A stretch of 50,144 bases of DNA from Candidatus Doudnabacteria bacterium RIFCSPHIGHO2_02_FULL_42_25 (GTDB lineage Bacteria > Patescibacteriota > Doudnabacteria > UBA920 > O2-02-FULL-48-8), in the NCBI GenBank assembly GCA_001777665.1, contig MFEQ01000008.1:1-50144 (forward strand), read 5' to 3'. This document shows, piece after piece, positions 37,449 to 46,794 of the stretch. Positions within the stretch are counted from its first letter, which is position 1. Each line of letters opens with the position of its first letter. The position numbers were made by a program, and so were the translations under genes. The notes beneath the pieces are model-generated. The model ran no database searches. It was not told where the DNA came from and saw only the letters and a list, made by a program, of their open reading frames with translations.

Positions 37449-37935
37449 TAGATTTTAACCAATCGTCGAGTGCTTCTTGATTATTTTTAAAAGCTATGTC
37501 TTTTGGTAATTCATTCTTATGGAACCATTTTAGCTCTGCTACATCATCATTGGGCTTGGGCTCCCCATTTACTATTTTTACCAAATAAAAAATATTTAAT
37601 GTTGATTGTTCACGATATGTGTCCATATAAAAACCAAAAAACTTAATTACATCAACTTCAACACCTGTCTCTTCTTTTACTTCTCGGTGCAAACCTGTTT
37701 CTGGATGCTCTCCTTTTTCCAAAAAACCACCAACAACATCCCATTTGCCCTTAAATGGTTCAATGCCTCGTCTGCTCAAAAGGATCTTATCACCTTCCAC
37801 TATTAAGGCTGATACTGCCGGATAGGATTTATCGTAAAAAATAAACCCACAATTCTTGCATCGGAGACGTGAATAGCCATGCTCGAAAAATTCTTCAAAC
37901 TCTCCACCGCATTTTGGACAAAATTTATACTGCAT
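37435..37935 (-). CDS. Zinc-ribbon NUDIX hydrolase
   Basis: FCPKCG..CKNCG; GGFLEKGEHPETGLHREVKEETG Nudix box. Confidence 0.9.
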   Translation of the reverse strand: MQYKFCPKCGGEFEEFFEHGYSRLRCKNCGFIFYDKSYPAVSALIVEGDKILLSRRGIEPFKGKWDVVGGFLEKGEHPETGLHREVKEETGVEVDVIKFFGFYMDTYREQSTLNIFYLVKIVNGEPKPNDDVAELKWFHKNELPKDIAFKNNQEALDDWLKSNERI

Positions 37936-37938
37936 TTA

Positions 37939-38598
37939 TTATTTAATAACTAACGTCTTAACCATCTCAGTCATTTGAGATAAAGCATCTTTCAACTCAG
38001 AACTATCCTTAACTGGAAATTGATTTATATCTTTGCTGTTATAAGACATAGTGATCACTCCTAAGCCTTCAGGAATTCCAAGATTTTTAGAGTTCCATTT
38101 ATAGTTAAAGTAGCCACCAGCAGATTCACTCACATATGAAAAATACCAAACTGTTTGACCGTTTGTTGGCAAAACACAATCGTCTCTTTTATTTTCAGCA
38201 CTGACATACAGATCAGCTCTAGAATAAATATCAAAAACTTGGGTAGTCTCTTTAGCTCCACATGGTTCAGTCGGATGTACAAGAACTACTGCATCAGCAC
38301 TCGGTGCACCCATGGCAATTTCTGAAAACCGGCCACCTATCACCCCGCTTGCCTGACTAGCGGCAGTGTTGATGTAAAGAATATATTTGCCTTTGATAAT
38401 ATTTACTGCTCGAGGATTGGACTTAGGTGAAGAAGCTGTCCAACCCGAAAATGTATTGACCTTAATGTAGGAATTCTCATATGTCTCTGTCGGGGCTGGA
38501 GGCGTCGGTGTCGGACTTAGTGATTGCGGTTGATTATTTTTGTTACAAGAAGCTGCAAATAAACTTAAGCCCAAAACCAAAAATGCCAATTTTTTCAT
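37939..38598 (-). CDS. Hypothetical lipoprotein
   Basis: Lipobox FAASC followed by Pro/Thr linker. Confidence 0.75.
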   Translation of the reverse strand: MKKLAFLVLGLSLFAASCNKNNQPQSLSPTPTPPAPTETYENSYIKVNTFSGWTASSPKSNPRAVNIIKGKYILYINTAASQASGVIGGRFSEIAMGAPSADAVVLVHPTEPCGAKETTQVFDIYSRADLYVSAENKRDDCVLPTNGQTVWYFSYVSESAGGYFNYKWNSKNLGIPEGLGVITMSYNSKDINQFPVKDSSELKDALSQMTEMVKTLVIK

Positions 38599-38664
38599 AA
38601 ATTTTATCCTTCGAGTTCATCATAACAAAAAACCGCCCGCGATCATAATCGGGACGATTCGTTG

Positions 38665-40113
38665 TTAGTCGTTGTTATTGAAGAAAAATTGGCTGGCGAA
38701 ATCCACTTCGCGGGCTGAAGTGCGGCGTCTGGTGTTCGGGCCAGTCGACATATAAGTATTGCCATTGCGAGTAGCTACATCCCATGATCCTGGCCACCAG
38801 GGTTCAAATGCTGAATCATCATCGAGTTTATTTCCAGCAGTATCAAACTTTCTTATATCTGGTCCACCCAGCAGTGGTGCTGTGACTATCTGGTTTGAAG
38901 AAGCAGCGACTCTGACTCCCCCTCGATGATTTGGATCATATGCCATAAATTCACCTGTTATCGTACCCGCACTGTTAAATATCTTCACATGCGGGCCACC
39001 ACCAGCGTTAGGCGCAGTGACGATCAACCCTTTTCCCGCTGCGACATCAATACCAGCTGTAAATGCTTTGTCATAGGCAAAAAAGTCCCAAAAAACGTTT
39101 CCATCAGCGGTAAAAATTTTCACATGCGGTCCGCCTCCTTTATTTGGTGCTGTGACAATCTCGGCCTTCCCATCATTATTCAAATCCGCTGCCGACACTT
39201 TGATCCCACCAAGAAACTTTGGGTCATAAGCCAAGAAGCTTAAAATCTCTGTCCCATCTGCTTTGAAGGCTTTCACATGTGGCCCACCACCTGAAATAGG
39301 CCCAGTGATAATTTCGTCGATTCCATCACCATCCAAGTCACCCGTAGCAACATCAACCCCGCCCCTGAAACCAACAGCATAGGCAAAAAATCCAAACTTT
39401 GGCTCCTGGACTCCTTCATCAAAAATTTGGATATGCGGTCCACCACCAGTTCCAGCTCCAGTGACTATTTCTGAACTAGTATCTGAATCCAAATTACCTA
39501 CAGCTACATTTGCACCACCTTGAAATCCACCATAAGGCAAAATTTCTTGAGGTTGCACCGGTCTCTCTACCGGAGTTGTAATCTTTTTAGCAGCTTGGAG
39601 ACTGGCATAAGGTGAGTATGGCACCCGATCTTTTCGAATCTCGAAGTGCAGATGAGCAGTAGTGGTTTCTGCATTCCCAGAATCGCCCATGTAGCCTATC
39701 AATTGACCAGCCACGACCTTATTTCCACGCTGAATATCTACAGCATAAGCATTGATCCCGTCTCCTTTGCCATCATCAGTGCCTGGAGTGTCGTTGTTCA
39801 TATGAATATAGTGATAAGTATAGCCCTCGGCATCTTCAATCGTGACGCTATAGCCGTAAGTAGCCTGAGGATATGTCACACTCCTCACAGTGCCATCCAC
39901 AGCTGCAACCAAAGGCAGCATCTTTCTTCCCATCAGATCATTGCCTTCATGCGACCGCGACCCGTCACCTCGCGGAGCTCCGAAATCATCCCAATACGTA
40001 ACCGAACCGATTACAGGAAATGTAATCGGTCTAATCAGTGGTGTTTGAGCTTTTGTTTCAGTTAACCAAAATAGATTAGATAAAACTAAAACCAATAGTA
40101 AAAATTTTCGCAT
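38665..40113 (-). CDS. Secreted M23 metallopeptidase with FG-GAP-like repeats
   Basis: HEGNDL, GYMGDSGNA, HLHFE; repeated VA.GDLDGDG..EI.T...GGGPHVK.F units. Confidence 0.88.
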   Translation of the reverse strand: MRKFLLLVLVLSNLFWLTETKAQTPLIRPITFPVIGSVTYWDDFGAPRGDGSRSHEGNDLMGRKMLPLVAAVDGTVRSVTYPQATYGYSVTIEDAEGYTYHYIHMNNDTPGTDDGKGDGINAYAVDIQRGNKVVAGQLIGYMGDSGNAETTTAHLHFEIRKDRVPYSPYASLQAAKKITTPVERPVQPQEILPYGGFQGGANVAVGNLDSDTSSEIVTGAGTGGGPHIQIFDEGVQEPKFGFFAYAVGFRGGVDVATGDLDGDGIDEIITGPISGGGPHVKAFKADGTEILSFLAYDPKFLGGIKVSAADLNNDGKAEIVTAPNKGGGPHVKIFTADGNVFWDFFAYDKAFTAGIDVAAGKGLIVTAPNAGGGPHVKIFNSAGTITGEFMAYDPNHRGGVRVAASSNQIVTAPLLGGPDIRKFDTAGNKLDDDSAFEPWWPGSWDVATRNGNTYMSTGPNTRRRTSAREVDFASQFFFNNND

Positions 40114-40145
40114 CTATAATATCTAACGCAAGATTGAAAGTATTG

Positions 40146-40361
40146 TTACTGGGACTGTCTTCTGCGGGATTCTTCTATACGACGTTTTTCTCTTTCTCTT
40201 TGCGCCTCAGTTCGGGCGTTTTCTTCATCTCTTCTTTTCTGCTCATCTTCCTGTCGTTTACGAGCTTCTAAATCTCTGACCCTATGTTCGGCTTCTTCAA
40301 TTTGTCTTTTTAACTGAATAATCTTATCCTTCTCACGATAAATTTCATCACCTGTACTCAT
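40146..40361 (-). CDS. Small highly charged coiled-coil protein
   Basis: AGGAGAGG SD just after the pilB stop; E/R/K/Q-rich 71 aa. Confidence 0.65.
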   Translation of the reverse strand: MSTGDEIYREKDKIIQLKRQIEEAEHRVRDLEARKRQEDEQKRRDEENARTEAQREREKRRIEESRRRQSQ

Positions 40362-40370
40362 ACCTCTCCT

Positions 40371-42005
40371 TTATTCCTCTGTGACGCGGAAGACTTCTTC
40401 CACGTCAGTTATACCTTCCAAAGCCTTGAGTAATCCATCCTGGGCTTTGGTTAACATGCCGTCGACTACGGCTTGTTTTTTTATATCCAAACTGGTTGCC
40501 GAATCGTTGATCAACTTTTGAATTCCTTCATTGACTACCAAAACTTCATAGATTCCAGTTCTGCCGCTATACCCTAACCCGTGACACTTCTCACAACCTG
40601 GGGAGTGGTAAAAAATTAGTTTTTTCGGCAAATCCACTTTTGATTTTTTGGGGATGGCTTGGAGAATTGTTTCGACCCGACTTTGTAAATTCGCAGGCAG
40701 GGCAGTCTGTTGTTTGCAGAATGTGCAGAGTCTCCTCACTAATCGCTGGGCGATGACTACGCTTAGGGCAGGGGCTAGGACAAACCCTCGAACCCCTATA
40801 TCCAAAAGTCTCGGTATTGCTGCTGCAGCATCATTGGTATGGAGAGTTGAAAGGACGACATGCCCAGTTAAAGCCGCCTGCATCGCAGTTTCAGCTGTTT
40901 CCAGATCACGCATTTCACCTACCATGACAATGTCAGGATCTTGGCGAAGAATTCCTTGTAGAGCCGAACCAAAAGTCATACCTGACCTCGGGTCAATCGG
41001 GGTTTGGGTAATCCCCTCAATTTTATATTCCACCGGATCTTCCAAAGTAATAATTTTCACTCCTGGTTTAATGAGTTTATTCAAAATTGCATAGAGTGTC
41101 GTGGTTTTACCACTACCTGTCGGTCCGGTCGACAGGATCATGCCATTACTTTTTTGTAAGCTTTCCAGAATTCGCTCTTTGGCCAGTCCCCTAATTCCCA
41201 GTTCTTCAAACTGCATCGAGCTTTGATCCTGACGAAGCAATCTCATGACGATTGATTCCCCGAAAGCCGACGGCAACACCGACGTTCGAATGTCTGCTGG
41301 CTGGCCATTAAATTGCAAACTAAAGCTGCCGTCTTGAGTAACGTTGGTCACATTCAATTTCACTTTCGACATAATTTTAATACGCGAGACTAACTGCGGA
41401 TAAGATTTGATATTGAGCGAGGTAACGTCTTGGAGAATTCCATCCACTCGAAATCGAACCTTAAATTCGTCACGCCCTGGTTCGAGGTGAATATCTGAAG
41501 CATTAATATTAAACGCGGTGCCGACCAATATTTCTATAATATCACTGGCCGATAAATCAGAAAGCTGATTGGAAAGTTTTTTTATGCTGGCAACTGTCAG
41601 TCTCGAATCCGAGCTCATTAGTTTGATAGAATTGTCTACCTGTCGCTTACTGACCAGGCGGTTGTAGTTATCCAAAAAATGCTCGAAGCTGCTTTTGGAA
41701 ATCAAAAATAATTCGACTTCCAAATTTTGGCCCGTTAAATGCTTCAAAACCGGTTTAAGGTGATCCCCTAATTTCACGGACCCTAACTTTACGTGCTTGC
41801 CATCTTTAGAAAAAATTATACATTCATAAGACTCAGCCATCTCTCTCGGAAGCAAATTCAAAATCTGCGTATCTGCTGGGAACCCATAAAGGTTCATGTA
41901 CGCAATTGATTGTTCCTTGGCTTTGTCTTTCGTTTCTTCTTCTTCGAACTTCCGATTCAGATCAGAATATATTTGTTTGACTTTTTGTCCCTTGTCAGTG
42001 ATCAT
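40371..42005 (-). CDS. pilB: PilB/GspE-family type IV pilus assembly ATPase
   Basis: ASDIHLEP, RVDGIL, GPTGSGKTTT, TLEDPVE, LRQDPD, GEMRD, TGHVVLSTLH, tetra-Cys. Confidence 0.88.
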   Translation of the reverse strand: MITDKGQKVKQIYSDLNRKFEEEETKDKAKEQSIAYMNLYGFPADTQILNLLPREMAESYECIIFSKDGKHVKLGSVKLGDHLKPVLKHLTGQNLEVELFLISKSSFEHFLDNYNRLVSKRQVDNSIKLMSSDSRLTVASIKKLSNQLSDLSASDIIEILVGTAFNINASDIHLEPGRDEFKVRFRVDGILQDVTSLNIKSYPQLVSRIKIMSKVKLNVTNVTQDGSFSLQFNGQPADIRTSVLPSAFGESIVMRLLRQDQSSMQFEELGIRGLAKERILESLQKSNGMILSTGPTGSGKTTTLYAILNKLIKPGVKIITLEDPVEYKIEGITQTPIDPRSGMTFGSALQGILRQDPDIVMVGEMRDLETAETAMQAALTGHVVLSTLHTNDAAAAIPRLLDIGVRGFVLAPALSVVIAQRLVRRLCTFCKQQTALPANLQSRVETILQAIPKKSKVDLPKKLIFYHSPGCEKCHGLGYSGRTGIYEVLVVNEGIQKLINDSATSLDIKKQAVVDGMLTKAQDGLLKALEGITDVEEVFRVTEE

Positions 42006-42026
42006 AGCAACCTTAGTATATCACAA

Positions 42027-43166
42027 TTAAAGCACGGGTTTGAGGCGGTTTATTTCTGATTTTAAACTATCAATTACTTGTTTTTCGGCATCGACCAAAG
42101 ATGAACGAATTGTAAATTTCACACTTTGTGGTCCAATTGACTGTGGCTGATAAGCTCCGAACAAAGACTGGAAATTTAAAGCTAGCGAACTATGAAAATA
42201 TACGTTAACAGTATTTTCTTCGGTTTCAGATAAAAACATAAACAATTTGGCAAACCCCAACTGGCTGGCCATCTCTTTGATAATTAATTCAACATCCTTC
42301 TCGTCGGCCTCTGATTTAACTATATCCGTTTTCATCAAAGTAGAATAAGCTAATCCGAGTTCGGTTTCTTGTTTTAGTCTGGCGAGAACCCGACCCCACA
42401 GTTTCAAAAATCCTAAACTCTTCGTTTTATATAAATGCGAAATAATTTCTTGCTGTTTGGCTCCGAGACTAATCAGTTGGGAAGCTTTCATAAAAGTTTG
42501 TGGCGTGGTACGAACATGCTGGAAACTATTCGTTTCAGCAATGATTCCTGCAAGCAACTGTGTGGCAATAGTTTCATCGATCAAGGTCGCCTCGAATTTG
42601 TTAATCAAATCGAGAACGATTTCAGAACAAGAAGTCGAATTGAGTTGTACCAAATTGAACTGGCCATAGTTTTCATTGTTCCCTCGAAAATCGATATTGA
42701 CTACAGGCACATCAAAAAATAATTCTGCGTGTTTACCATAAAATTCACCCAAGCTATCTAAAGAAGGGATCCCTATAAGCACAACCAAATCGTATGGAAA
42801 GTTGGACGACCGGAATGTGACATCAGTTGGCGTGAATTCTCCTTTCTGTGGTTTCAAAAAGATCGAGAGCTTATCTGATTCTTTTTTATAACTCAATTCT
42901 GCAACCTGACTTTTTTTTGTCGAGACATCAATGACAAAGCTTTTGGTCAAATCAATTTCGCTCACAACTTCGGCGATTTCAGGAAGAAAATGAAAACGAT
43001 CCGTCACTGAGTAAGGAATTAACAATACACTATCTTTCTCTAATTTCTTTAAAAATGATCGCAATGCCAAAGCAGCCGCAAGACTATCGCCATTGCTGCC
43101 ATTCCCTATAACTAGGATGCTTTGGGAGCTCGAAATTTTCGAGATGATTTGTTGTAATGGTTCCAT
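42027..43166 (-). CDS. DHH/NrnA-family phosphoesterase-like protein lacking DHH
   Basis: NGDSLAAALAL, VVNIDFRGNNENYG, TSCSEI, LLAGIIAETNSF. Confidence 0.75.
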   Translation of the reverse strand: MEPLQQIISKISSSQSILVIGNGSNGDSLAAALALRSFLKKLEKDSVLLIPYSVTDRFHFLPEIAEVVSEIDLTKSFVIDVSTKKSQVAELSYKKESDKLSIFLKPQKGEFTPTDVTFRSSNFPYDLVVLIGIPSLDSLGEFYGKHAELFFDVPVVNIDFRGNNENYGQFNLVQLNSTSCSEIVLDLINKFEATLIDETIATQLLAGIIAETNSFQHVRTTPQTFMKASQLISLGAKQQEIISHLYKTKSLGFLKLWGRVLARLKQETELGLAYSTLMKTDIVKSEADEKDVELIIKEMASQLGFAKLFMFLSETEENTVNVYFHSSLALNFQSLFGAYQPQSIGPQSVKFTIRSSLVDAEKQVIDSLKSEINRLKPVL

Positions 43167-43190
43167 TTGAATTAGGTAACGATCTTCTAT

Positions 43191-43305
43191 TTAGAACTCC
43201 CCTCTCCTGAAGAGGAGAGGGGCCGGGGGTGAGGTGGATTCTAAGGCTAGCTTGGAATCTACCCCTCCCTTAGTCCCTCCCCGCTCACGGGGAGGGAAAT
43301 TCTAA
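43191..43305. repeat. GC-rich multi-hairpin REP-like element in the DHH-like gene leader
   Basis: CCCCTCTCCT/AGGAGAGGGG and CCCTCCCCG/CGGGGAGGG hairpins; outer TTAGAA/TTCTAA. Confidence 0.75.
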
Positions 43306-43329
43306 TCTGAATTAAATTCAAATCTTAAT

Positions 43330-43370
43330 ACTATACGGGCTTTGATCAATTTCGTCAACTAACGTAAAAT
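43330..43370. promoter_or_regulatory. Overlapping divergent sigma-70 promoters (DHH-like gene / tsaE)
   Basis: Minus: TTGACG-17-TATAGT (43358-43330); plus: TTGATC-17-TAAAAT (43342-43370). Confidence 0.65.
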
Positions 43371-43377
43371 ATAGACA

Positions 43378-43848
43378 ATGATATTCAAAAACTTGAACGA
43401 GAAGCAACTAGGGAAGCTGGCGTCTGAATTGGCCAAACAAGTGGTAAAAACGGCCCGCCTGCCACGCCTTGATCGTAAGCATAAAGCGAGGCATGGCGGG
43501 CAGGGAGCAATAATTGGGCTTAGGGGCAATCTGGGTGCTGGAAAAACGACGTTTGCCAAAGCTTTTGCCAAGCAACTGAAGATCCACTCCCTCAAAAGCC
43601 CAACCTTTATCGTCAACCAGCAATACAAACTCCCCGGCCGATCATTATATCATTTAGACTTCTACCGGTTGAATCGCATCAAACAACTAGACCCGTTGGG
43701 CTTAGAGGAGTTACTCATCCGTCCGAATATCGTATTAATAGAGTGGGTCGACAAATTCCCAAAAATCGTCGAAAGTTGTGATATACTAATTAGCTTTAAA
43801 GTTAAACCCAAGGATAAACGTGATATTGAAGTTAAATTTAAAAAATAA
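43378..43848 (+). CDS. tsaE: t6A biosynthesis ATPase TsaE with in-frame 17-aa insertion
   Basis: GNLGAGKTTF, KSPTF, HLDFYRL, LIEW. Confidence 0.95.
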   Translation: MIFKNLNEKQLGKLASELAKQVVKTARLPRLDRKHKARHGGQGAIIGLRGNLGAGKTTFAKAFAKQLKIHSLKSPTFIVNQQYKLPGRSLYHLDFYRLNRIKQLDPLGLEELLIRPNIVLIEWVDKFPKIVESCDILISFKVKPKDKRDIEVKFKK

Positions 43849-43849
43849 T

Positions 43850-45091
43850 ATGTCTCCCATCCCGGACTTGATCCGGGATCTTACTAAAGGCTTACGCAAG
43901 ATCCCCGCTTTCGCGGGGATGGTTAAAGGTGCGGGGATCGGTTTGGCTATAGCGATTTTACTGATAGCATCAAATGCTTCGGCCAAAACTTTGACTTTCG
44001 AAGACAAAACTTGGGAAGTCAATCCGACGACCGGAAGTTTGGTGACGAAAATTGCGGTCCGAAATGATTTAGACTTAGAAGCTGTCGCCATGCAAGCCAT
44101 TTTAGGGATTGAACAATTCGAACAAGACGAATTATTTGATGAAGAAACAGCCAAGCAAATTAATACTATCGCCAGTGAGACCAACCAACAAGCTCAAAAT
44201 GCCCATATAGTAGTGGAGGGCAATGTTGCTACTGAATTTACTCCTGATCGAAATGGACAAGGACTGGATATTTACGAACTACGTAGTTTGATACGTAATT
44301 CTAATTCCAGCATCAATCTACCAGTATTAATTTCCAAACCAACCGTGACGTTGTCCCAGATTAACAATCTCGGGATCAAAGAATTGGTTGCGGTCGGAGA
44401 ATCTGACTTTACTGGTTCGCCGAAGAATAGGATACATAATATTAATGTCGGTGCCCAAAAATTCAATGGATTAATTATTGATCAAGGTAAAGAATTTTCA
44501 TTTAATAAGTATTTAGGTGATGTCGACGGCGAGCATGGGTTTCTTCCTGAATTAGTCATCAAAAAAACTGGCGTGGTGCCGGAATTTGGTGGTGGACTTT
44601 GCCAAGTCTCATCTACTGCTTTTCGAGCAGCGATGAACGCAGGGGTCCCGATCACGGCTAGACGAAACCACAGCTTTGCGGTACAATATTATGCTCCACA
44701 AGGCACTGATGCCACGATCTACCCGGGAGTCCAAGATTTGAAATTTATCAACGATACCCCAGGACGTCTCCTGGTCCACACCAAAATTGTCGGAAAAAAA
44801 TTGTTCTTTGAATACTATGGCACCAAAGATGACCGCAATGTCACCTTTGAAGGACCGATCCAGTACGATAAAAAAGCGAATGGTGCTATGAAAGCGACTT
44901 GGACCAGACACGTCGCCATCAACGGTGAGACGAAAACTCAAACCTTTAATAGTGTCTACCAACCACCCGCACTCTTCCATCCAGAGGAACAAAAAGAAAC
45001 GCCGAACCCCGAAACAGTCGCTACAATTAATAATCAACCGGTCACCGCCGGCACCAATACCACTAATGCAGATCCAGCTATCCAAAACTGA
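43850..45091 (+). CDS. VanW-family protein with repeat-derived N-terminal insertion
   Basis: NRIHNI, FSFN, GGGLCQVSSTAFRAA, RRNHS, GTDATIY, DLKFINDT. Confidence 0.9.
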   Translation: MSPIPDLIRDLTKGLRKIPAFAGMVKGAGIGLAIAILLIASNASAKTLTFEDKTWEVNPTTGSLVTKIAVRNDLDLEAVAMQAILGIEQFEQDELFDEETAKQINTIASETNQQAQNAHIVVEGNVATEFTPDRNGQGLDIYELRSLIRNSNSSINLPVLISKPTVTLSQINNLGIKELVAVGESDFTGSPKNRIHNINVGAQKFNGLIIDQGKEFSFNKYLGDVDGEHGFLPELVIKKTGVVPEFGGGLCQVSSTAFRAAMNAGVPITARRNHSFAVQYYAPQGTDATIYPGVQDLKFINDTPGRLLVHTKIVGKKLFFEYYGTKDDRNVTFEGPIQYDKKANGAMKATWTRHVAINGETKTQTFNSVYQPPALFHPEEQKETPNPETVATINNQPVTAGTNTTNADPAIQN

Positions 45092-46481
45092 AACTAGCCC
45101 CAACCTCACCATTCTTCCACTTTTTGTGGGAGAAAAATTAAACAAAAATCTGCCAAAACATGCGTTGGCAGATTTTAAAAATCGTCTGGGCAGTACTCAT
45201 TTAATCTACACTGATTCCAGTCGAGTCTTACTTTTAGGCTTGGGCGAAAAGAAAAATTTCAAACCTGAATCCTGGCGAACTGCAACCCATACCTCAATCA
45301 ACATCGCCATGACGTTGGGAGTAGAAAGCATGGACATCGTGTTGCCGAAACTGCCAACCAACCAGTTAGAAGCTTTTCTCGAACTGACCGGGTTTGCTCT
45401 GACCTTTAGTGGTTATCGATTTGATGAATATAAAAAAGAAAAAAATGGTTTGAAATTAAAAGAAGTTTATCTAATCTCACCTATTAATGCCAAATTATCC
45501 AAAGCCCTAACTCGAGGAATTGCTTTAGGTCATGCCGCAAACACCGCTCGAAGCCTGGCGAATCATCCAGGCAATGTCGCTACTCCTACTCATCTCGCTC
45601 AACACGCCAAAGAATCAGCTAAAAAATTTGGTTTCAAATGTCAGGTTCTGGGGCCCAAAGAAATTGCCAAAGAAAAAATGGGATTACTCACTGGCGTATC
45701 ACTTGGTTCAGACCAACCACCGCAGTTTATTATTTTGGAGTATGGGAATAAAAATAAACCGCCTTTTGTCCTAGTTGGGAAAGGTTTAACTTTTGACAGC
45801 GGTGGAGTTTCGATCAAGCCGTCAGAAAAAATGGAAGAAATGAAATATGATATGTGTGGCGGGGCGGTCGTCTTGGGAATCTTCGAAGCCGCAGCAGCGC
45901 TTAAACTTCCGGTGCATTTGGTAGGTTTAATTCCGGCCACAGAAAATTTGTTATCGGGTAAGGCTGTAAAACCGGGAGATATCTTGATCTCGCACATCGG
46001 AGCTTCAGTTGAAATTATCAATACTGACGCCGAAGGCCGGCTCGTACTCGCGGATGCGATTAGTTATGCCAAAAAATATTATAAGCCAAAATTAATTATC
46101 GATTACGCAACCCTGACTGGTGCTGTGATCACAGCCCTTGGTGATGAATATACTGGGTATTTCAGCAATACTAAAAATTACCAAAAACAATTTGAAAAAT
46201 CATCGGCCCTAACTGCGGAAAAAATCTGGAGCCTACCTTTGGCTCAAGAGTATAAAGATCAGCTCAAGAGCTCAATTGCAGATATCAAAAACCTAGGCGA
46301 AAAAGGTGCTGGGGCTACGACCGCTGCTTTATTCCTAGAATACTTTGTCGGGACCACACCGTGGATTCATTTGGACATTGCTGGTACTGCCTGGACGATG
46401 CGACCCAAATCCTATGCCTCCCCTGGTGCAACTGGATGGGGTGTCTATTTGACAGTAGATTTTCTACGAAATAATATATAA
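45066..46481 (+). CDS. pepA: Leucyl aminopeptidase (M17)
   Basis: VGKGLTFDSGG, MKYDMCG, NTDAEGRLVLAD, ATLTGA, WIHLDIAG; start ATG 45066. Confidence 0.95.
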   Translation: MQIQLSKTETSPNLTILPLFVGEKLNKNLPKHALADFKNRLGSTHLIYTDSSRVLLLGLGEKKNFKPESWRTATHTSINIAMTLGVESMDIVLPKLPTNQLEAFLELTGFALTFSGYRFDEYKKEKNGLKLKEVYLISPINAKLSKALTRGIALGHAANTARSLANHPGNVATPTHLAQHAKESAKKFGFKCQVLGPKEIAKEKMGLLTGVSLGSDQPPQFIILEYGNKNKPPFVLVGKGLTFDSGGVSIKPSEKMEEMKYDMCGGAVVLGIFEAAAALKLPVHLVGLIPATENLLSGKAVKPGDILISHIGASVEIINTDAEGRLVLADAISYAKKYYKPKLIIDYATLTGAVITALGDEYTGYFSNTKNYQKQFEKSSALTAEKIWSLPLAQEYKDQLKSSIADIKNLGEKGAGATTAALFLEYFVGTTPWIHLDIAGTAWTMRPKSYASPGATGWGVYLTVDFLRNNI

Positions 46482-46511
46482 GCTACTTAACCGTCGGAAG
46501 AAAGGTAAACC

Positions 46512-46748
46512 ATGGCAGAATTAAGTAAAAAAGACTTAATGATAACCCTTGGAGAATTTACGGAAGAAACTCTTCTCCCGGCTATTTCCTCTATTGTCGA
46601 TGGAAAGCTTGAAGAAAAGCTTGGACCACTAGAGAAAAAAGTCGATATTATCCAAGGTAAGCTCGATAATATCCTCTACAAAGAAGTTAATCAGCTAGAA
46701 TCTCGAGTGACTCGTCTCGAACAACATACTGGACTAAAAACCGCTTAA
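46512..46748 (+). CDS. Small coiled-coil hypothetical protein
   Basis: 78 aa with heptad pattern; hairpin AAAACCGC/GCGGTTTT at its end. Confidence 0.65.
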   Translation: MAELSKKDLMITLGEFTEETLLPAISSIVDGKLEEKLGPLEKKVDIIQGKLDNILYKEVNQLESRVTRLEQHTGLKTA

Positions 46749-46794
46749 CCCGCGGTTTTTTAAATCCTTGGTCCTTTGCTATACTAGGGACAAT

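Noticed and set aside
44609..45145. 178-aa minus-strand ORF and other short ORFs nested in rpoB, rpoC, valS, uvrB and pilB
   Set aside because: Antisense or out-of-frame to well-supported conserved genes, with no recognisable motifs.
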